Of a stretch of 64,000 bases of DNA, positions 55,277-64,000 are shown in pieces (positions within the stretch are counted from its first letter, which is position 1; every line of letters begins with the position of its first letter). This DNA is from the human T2T-CHM13v2.0 reference genome, Homo sapiens. Position numbers and translations under genes: made by a program. The notes below the pieces were generated by a model that ran no database searches, had not been told where the DNA came from, and saw only the letters and a list, made by a program, of their open reading frames with translations. The stretch is taken from assembly GCF_009914755.1 (NCBI RefSeq), contig NC_060927.1, one strand, 5' to 3'.

Positions 55277-57315
55277 TTTTTTTTTTTTTCCACCTTAAGT
55301 TCTGGGATACATGTGCTGAACATTCAGGCTTGTTACATAGGTATACATGTGCCATGGTGGCTTGCTGCACCTATCAACCCATCATCTAAGTTTTAAGCTC
55401 CACATGCATTAGGTATTTATCCTAATGCTCTACCTCCCCTTTCCCCCACCCCGCAACAGTCCCCGGTGAGTGATGTTCCTCTCCCTGTGTCCATGTGTTC
55501 TAATTGTTCAACTCTCACTTATGAGTGAGAACATGTGGTGTTTGGTTTTCTGTTCCTGTGTTAGTTTGCTGAGGATGATGGTTTCCAGCTTCATCCATGT
55601 CCTTGCAAAGACAAGAACTCATCCTGTTTTATGGCTGCGTAGTATTCCATGGTTTATATGTGCCACATTTTCTTTTTCTGGTCTATCATTGATGGGTATT
55701 TGGGTTGGTTCCAAGTCTTTGCTATTGTAAATAGTGCTGCAAAAAACATACATGTGCATGTGTATTTAATAGTAGAATGATTTATAATCCACTGAGTATA
55801 TATTCAGTAATGGGATTCCTGAATCAAATGGTATTTCTTGTTCTAGATCCTTGAGGAGTTGCCACACTGTCTTCCACAGTGGTTGAACTAATTTGCACTC
55901 TCACCAACAGTGTAAAAGCATTCCTATTTCTCCACATCCTCACCAGCATCTGTTGTTTCCAGACTTTTTAATGATTGCCATTCTAACTGATGTGGGATGG
56001 TATCTCATTATGGTTTTGATATGCATTTCTCTAATGACCAGTGATAATGAGCTTTTTTTCAGTGTTTTTTGGCCACATAAATACCTTCTTTTGAGAAGTG
56101 TCTGTTCATATCCTTCACTCACGTTTCGATGAGGTTGTTTGGTTTCTTTCTTGTACATTTGTTTAAGTTCCTCATAGATTCTGGATATTAGACCTTTGTC
56201 AGATAGATAGATTGATTGATTGCAAAAATTTTCTCCCATTCTGTAGGTTGCCTGTTCACCCTGATGATATTTTCTTTTGCTGTGCAGAAGCTTTTTAGCT
56301 TAATTAGATTGCATTTGTCAACTTCAGCTTTTGCTGCAATTGCTTTTGGTATTTTAGTCATGATGTCTTTGCCCATGCCTATGTCCTGTATGGTTTTGCC
56401 TAGGTTTTCTTCTAGGGTTTTTATAGTTTTAGGTTTTACATTTAAGTCTTTAATCCATTTTGAGTTAATTTTTGTATAAGGTATAAGAAAGGGGTCCAAT
56501 TTCTGTATTCTGCTTATGGCTAGCCAGTTTTCCCAGCACCATTTATTAAATAGGGAATAATTTCCCCATTGTTTGTTTATGTAAGGTTTGTCAAAGATCA
56601 GATGGTTGTAGGTGTGTGGTGTTATTTATGAGGCCTCTGTTCTATTCCATTGGTCTCTTTATCTGTTTTGGTACCAGTACCATGCTGTTTTGGTTACTGT
56701 AGCCTTGTAGTATAGTTTGATGTCAGGTAGCATGATGTCTCCAGCTTTGTTCTTTTTGCTTAGGATTGTATTGGCAACATGGGCTCTTTTTCAGTTCCAT
56801 ATAAAATTTAAAGTAGTTTTTTCCAGTTCTGTGAAGAAAGCCAATGGTAGCTTGATGGGAATAGCATTGAATCTATAAATTACTTTGGGCAGTATGGCCA
56901 TTTTCATGATATCGATTCTTCCTGTTCATGAGCATGGAGTGTTTTTCCATTTGTTTGTGTCCTCCCTGATTTCCTTGAGCAACGATTTGTAGTTCTCCTT
57001 GAAGAGGTCCTTCATGTCCCTTGTAAGTTGTATTCCTAGGTATTTTATTTTCTTTGTAGCTATTGTGAATGGGAATTCGCTCATGATTGGGCTCTCTGCT
57101 TGTCTATTATTGGTGTACAGGAATGCTTGTGATTTTTGCACATTAATTTTGTATCCTGAGACTTTGCTGAAGTTCTTTATCAACTTAAGGAGTTTTTGGG
57201 CTGAGACAATGGGGTTTTCTAAATATACAATCACGTTGTATGCAAACAGAGACAATTTGACTTCCTCTCTGCATATTTGAATACCCTTTATTTCTTTCTC
57301 TTGCCTGATTGCTCT
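55277..57315 (-). mobile_element. 5'-truncated L1 (L1PA7/8-like), ~2 kb
   Basis: poly-T 55277-55289; 3' UTR cacatgcattaggtatttatcctaatgc; ORF2 remnants [16 protein letters not shown] and [16 protein letters not shown]. Confidence 0.95.
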
Positions 57316-59009
57316 TTTTTTAAGAGAAATGAGAAACTTGAATCTTTACATGAAATCTATTATTGTTTAAATGTGGGCAACTAAATCAAATTTTAATTAT
57401 TCACTGGATGAAGAGACACAATCAAAGTCACTGGACATCAAATCAATCAGATGAGGAGAGTTGCCAGTACATAAATTCTGCCTAGCACAACAGTAGTTAG
57501 TGCACAAAGTGGGGCACTGAAGAATTTCAAGCATCATTTGAATTTCTTCTTATCCCACAATCACCTGTCAGCTTCGTGGGATAAACATGCATTTATGAAT
57601 AAATCCTCTTCACTCCTATTTCTCCAACTCTAGAAATAGACATACCATACAACTTACTTTTAAAAATCTAACCTGAAAACCAGCCTAAGGTCAATAGCTA
57701 TGTTATAAAAGTGATTCTAATTTTTGTTTTTTTGTTAAACAAACAAACAAACAACAAAAAAAAAACTTCCCTTTTCTCCTCTCTCTTTCCTTTCCCTCTT
57801 TTCCTTTCCCTTTCCCCTCCTTTCTGTTTCTTCTTCCCCACACTCTTTGCTCTACATCTTGGGACTAATGGCACTTATATTCAAGACAGCTTGATAAAAG
57901 TCAATCCTTTAAAAAATAAAAATTAAAAAAAAGAAGTAGTGCAAGCAGAAGGAACTAGAAAACCGTTTTCCCCAGATTTGCTAGCCTTCAATTTGTAAAA
58001 CTGACCCAGCTCTGATGACTCTTCTCCTGTCTTGAACAGAAGGGAAAAAATAAAATTATTCTCATGAGGGCTTTTTGCATCTTCAAAAAAGCAAGACTTC
58101 ACAGAAACAACAAATAATATCAATAATACAAAAATAAGCAGTTTTACAAGCACACATTTCTGAATTAAAATAAAATTTAGCTACAGATTATGTTTGGTGG
58201 GTGAACTTTATATGGCACCTACACCTAGAACGGTGTTATTTCTTGGTTCGACCCCGGATGTCTAAGGAACTTCTTAGGTCACCCACTTGATGACGTTTCG
58301 TTTCTTTACCTGTTGTTCAAACCTCCACCTCATCTTGCCACAGCCTCTGTCAGCAATGCTTTGGCTTCTTCAGTGGCCTGAAGCAGGCTTCCACCCTCTT
58401 TCCTGTCCAGACTGCCAGCCATGTCCCACCCTGTCTCACTCATCACAAGCCTGTATGAGTTCCCACTTAGCCGCTTTTTTTCCTGACTGAGAAAAGTCTA
58501 GTGCTTGTCTTATTTACAAAATACAAGAGATTGCTACAGCTCCGGAGTGTTACATTGAGACTGTCGTCTAGCCAATGTGGGTCCACCTCCCAGATGATTT
58601 TCTGATTTACCAACACCCTCTGCATCCTAAAGGGGTGCTTAGAATTCTTTCCACACAGGTTGGCCTCATCAAACTGACTTTACAAATACAGCAACAACAA
58701 ACCTTGTCTTCCAACACTAAAAGAATTGCCTACTCTCCTGGCATAAGATTGGCACCTGAGGCTCCTAAATAGAACCAAATCAGCTGGCCAAACAGATATT
58801 GAGGCTTCACCTTAAACTTATACCAGGTTTGAATAGTACTGGTTGAAACCAGTGAAACATATTTTGTCCGCAAAAGCACAAATGGAACAGGAAAAGTTCC
58901 CAAGAAAGCAAAAGGAAAAAATAACAGAAAATATGAGACTAAATATTTCCTTTCTTTCATGACTCCCATTTCCATTTCATTTCATAGGCAGGAGCAAGTC
59001 AGATCTTGA

Positions 59010-59270
59010 GAAAGGGGTTAAAAATGTGAGCTCTGAAGTGACCCAACTTGAGTTAAAAACAAAACTCTACCACGATTAGCTTCTGTGAGCTCAGGTGATT
59101 TATTCAAACTCTCTGTGCCTCTGTTTCCTTATCTGTAAAATGGGAATTGTGAGAGCTGCTCCCTCCTGAGTTGAGCAATTGTGAAGATTAAATGAGTTAA
59201 TTCTTGAAAAACATCTTAGAACAGTACCCCACGTACACAAGAAAAACTCAGCAAATGTTAACTATTATTA
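59010..59270 (+). mobile_element. MIR SINE, near full length
   Basis: ctctctgtgcctctgtttccttatctgtaaaatggg...gtgaagattaaatgagttaat...aaatgttaactattatta. Confidence 0.85.
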
Positions 59271-59655
59271 TTTGGCAGCAGTAAACCAGATAATGAATAG
59301 GATGATTGGTTTTTTTTTCTAAAATTTTCTGCATTTGATTATTACGTTCTTAGTTAACAGTCATAATCACCTGTCTTTTTAGTTACATGATCATTTTATC
59401 CACGTTGAACTTTTACTAAATGTTGAAATTGAAGAAATTTATTCTAGAGGAGAATTTTTTCTCAGAAATCCTAGAATATTTTGAGCTGCACAGAGCCCCC
59501 ATCTTTCCATGTCTCTGGTGTCTTCCACTTGATGGAACTGTCTTGGTTAATGGAAAACAGGGCAAGAGTCGCCTGGAGCTACTGCTTCGGAAATGTTGTC
59601 AGTTCTTTCATGACTAATGAACATTAAACAGCTGATGAGATTCAAATAGAAATCA

Positions 59656-60045
<390 letters not shown>

Positions 60046-60378
60046 TCATGATAAAAGAGGCTAGAAAACGAAATTACATTAAAAAAAGGTTTCTAACTTA
60101 TCTGATTACTTGGGAAATAAAAAAAAGGAACTAGTGGGGAAGGAGGAAGGAAAGAAAAATATAAATAGTAAAGCCAATTATTTGATAGAGATGAACTTTA
60201 CCACATACAGGTGGTCACATATACAACGTTCAAATATTATTAGAAAATTGAGCAGGTAATCAGTGATAAAAAAGAAAAAATCCCAAACTAACTCAGGGTA
60301 ACAATAATGTTAAATGAAGGAATAGTCCTCTAGTATTTAAATTACATTTACAATCTCATTGCAGATAAGGTGTAGCCT

Positions 60379-60647
60379 CACCCCAGGCAACCTAGTGAGA
60401 CCCTGTCTCTACAAAAAGTAAAATAAATAAAATAAAATAAAATAAAATAAAATAAAATAAAATAATTAGCTGGGCATAGTGGAACACTCCTGTAGTCCTA
60501 GCTACTCAGGAGGCTGAGGTGGGAGGATGGCTGGAACCAGGAGTTTGAAGTTGCAGAGAGCTATAATCATGCCACTGCACTCCAGTCTAGGTGACAGAGG
60601 GAGATCCTGTCTCAAAATAAATAAATAAATACATACATACATTAAAA
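60379..60647 (+). mobile_element. 5'-truncated AluJ with a (TAAAA)n linker
   Basis: ggtgggaggatggctggaaccaggagtttgaagttgcag; TSD ataaggtgta(g/t)cct (60365-60378 / 60648-60661). Confidence 0.9.
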
Positions 60648-60941
60648 ATAAGGTGTATCCTAATTATTTACATTCAAATAATGCTGCAGTGCTTTACTAA
60701 CAATATTGCATTTCTAAATTGGATGACTTACTTAACAGAAGGTTGTCAATATTGAGAAAAACATGATTTTCCTCATTAATTATTTAAAAGAAGTCTCTGC
60801 ATGAAACTTGTAAATGTTTTATTTAAAACACTTAGACTATACATTTTTTCCTTTGTTTAGGAGACAGACAAGGCTTGATTCATAGTTACCTGCAACAAAG
60901 GGTCACCAAAAATCTTAAAGGTAATGTGATAATGTTTTTCA

Positions 60942-61196
<255 letters not shown>

Positions 61197-62924
61197 TCAG
61201 TGGCTTTCCCTGTGGAAAGCATGTGATGTTGAAGAGGTGAGTAGCCCTGAGATCAATTCCCAGCACCACTTTAATTTTCTCAAATATAAAATGGAGGTGA
61301 CGCTATGATAACCTCACTGGTTTGTGTTGAGTATTAAATGAGATAGGATATTGAAGTGTTCCATTACGTTTAGTTCCCTTTTCTTCATTCATTATTCTGA
61401 TGTTTTGGGGGTATTTAAAAGTTAGATAGAATTGTTTCTTCAGATAAAACATGAAATATTAATTCCAACATTATGATAATATTCTCATTATATAAAATTA
61501 ATCTTCCCTAATAACCCACTGGACATATACAATGAAGTAAAAGTCCATATGCACAGATTTGGATGGAATATGTAGTGATAGCAGAATAGCTATTGACTTC
61601 TCCGTTTGGCAGCATGCTTAGAATTCTATTTATGAGCTTTCTTTAAATGTTTTCATCAATAATTCATTGTAAACCCTTATAAAACCCCTTTTTGGTGAAT
61701 GAGCCTAGAACTAACCTTTTCATTTTCCATTTTTATAGGTTTTGTTGAAGCACTTTACCTAAGTTATTCTTTTGTGGCAAGGTTCCTATTATTTGATAAA
61801 TCTGTAGATGACTTCCAGTTTGCTTCACAAATGTACTGCCAATAAACAATCATATCTATTTAAGGTAGAAATAATAACATGTAGCTGCTTCAGTGAGAAC
61901 AATCTGGGAATACTGATAACATTAAAATTAGTATTGAGGAAATGAGAGTAATTTCAGGATAATAATTCATATTGTGAGTATAAGCAAGTTCTAGAAAATG
62001 GAAAGTTTTAGAATCTAATTGTTTCAAAGTTTATTCTAAACATCCCAGAATGTTTTTAAACTATACCTTTATTGATTCTTAATGATTAAAAATTTTATAT
62101 GAAAATTATACAGATTTTCATCTGTAAATTAAATATGGGAAACAATAAACATAATTCAGATATGTTCATTTCCTTTTCAAATACATAATACATATATGTC
62201 TAGTTCCTAATGTTAAGAAAAATATACCCTGAAGATACGATTGTTATTTTAGATGAAAGGTAAAAAAATATACATTATTCTCCAAGGCAGATTTTCATTT
62301 TGGAAAGATGCAGGCTGCATCAACACCATGCTAATATTGCCACTGACAACAAGGAAAAAATTAAGCAAATGGTTATTTCACTTACATAATATCATATAAC
62401 TACAGTAAATCATAAAATAGCATCAATGTTAGTATACATCTCTGGAGAAGATATAACCAATACTTAAAAAAAAAAACAAAACGATGAGAACAGAGAAGAG
62501 AGCAGGCAGCTCTTGTCCTGGGATTAGCAATTCTTTCAAATTCTGTTACTGTTCTTAACATCCATGCTCCTCATTATTCTCTTCCAGCCTATTTTGATTA
62601 GGTGCTCATATAGTCAGTCTCAGACTCAACTTTTCTGCTATATGTGGACTTAAGCTTTGACTTCGGCATACATCTTGCTGTGCCCCTACTGTATTAAAAC
62701 CTCTTTATGACAGGTCTGGGACAACAATTCTGATTGTTGCCCGTATCCAATAATTTGTCAGAATTTTTCCCATCTTGATCTTGACATATACAACACTGGA
62801 TAAATTAGTAGTGGGATGTAGTCTGGCTCCTGCTCTTGAATCCATCCTCCTCAATTCCAACTTCCTTTGCCATGGTCTGTGACCTCACTTGACACACTAC
62901 TGACTGGTTAGCTACGTGCAGTCA

Positions 62925-63230
<306 letters not shown>

Positions 63231-64000
63231 CTAATGCCTATGAAATAGCAGGCCCACATCTATCACTATATCCATTGACTCCAAGTCTCACAAGAGACTT
63301 CCAGTCAACATCTATCAAGCCTTCTGCTATTTCTCAACCCCAACTTGAAGAATTGTTTGACATTATTTTTGTTTTTCATGTTCCATACACACTTGCTCTG
63401 TTTTCACTTGATATGAATTAAGTAAGAACTTAATATTGGCATCAATGCTAACATCTTAGGGATCCTAATATGCCCAGGACAAACGTAATTCCAATACTGT
63501 GGCATTTTCAACTTATTAATCATTAAAATTAATCTTGGAAATATTATAATGAACATGAGTTCTAAAGACTATTTATGTTTAATTAAATGAGCCTTTTTAA
63601 CAATACTATTTGTTAGCGAGTTACTCTGGAGAAAACATTTCTAAGCATACTTCAATTATCTAATGACATCATCTCCAGGCCACACTAGTAAACACTGGGG
63701 ATATTCGTCTCAGAATCTAGGAACAGTCTGCCCATAGTTATGAAAAATCTATACAGACGTATTTTCAAAATTCCAAAATAAGAAATCTATTGCAATGCCT
63801 TTCATGTCTTTTAGAAATTTGATATTTATTCACTTTTCTCATTAATTATCTCTCTGTGTATTGTAAAGCCCAGTGTAGAAGAAGAGGCAGAATTCCAACC
63901 TCCTCATGGCAAGTTCAGATGAATCTTAAAATGATTAGCTCTTAGTACATAAAGCAGGTCAGAGCTTTGTGTTTGCAACCAAGTATCCCCTAAATCTCTT

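Overview
AT-rich, repeat-dense primate (almost certainly human) genomic DNA containing two minus-strand genes in tandem. The 3' part of WDR49 (a WD40 protein) runs from beyond the right edge to ~10.57 kb. Seven coding exons splice in a consistent phase to a C-terminus ...CEVKKNKK*, followed by a double AATAAA. The 5' end of SERPINI2 (pancpin) lies ~4.5 kb further on: candidate promoter ~5.94-6.09 kb, two candidate 5' exons, and the first main coding exon 3473-3729. The rest of SERPINI2 is off the left edge. Introns are filled with Alu, L1, L2, MIR, MER5, MaLR/ERV LTRs and microsatellites. I see no prokaryotic-type system (CRISPR, operon, RNA gene) and cannot claim a new biological system. The most unusual items are: (1) two young L1 insertions nested in an older L1, both 5'-truncated at nearly the same L1 coordinate, one forming a ~2.1-kb quasi-palindrome with its host; (2) a frame-symmetric 183-nt candidate dead/poison exon in the last WDR49 intron; (3) a HERV-W solo LTR17 nested in a full MSTA-type provirus, sense to WDR49; (4) a compact acinar-type motif cluster at the SERPINI2 promoter; (5) possible WDR49-to-SERPINI2 read-through splicing; (6) an ORF1-only L1 with apparent target-site duplications. 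Repeat subfamily names are from visual recognition, and boundaries without a TSD are approximate.
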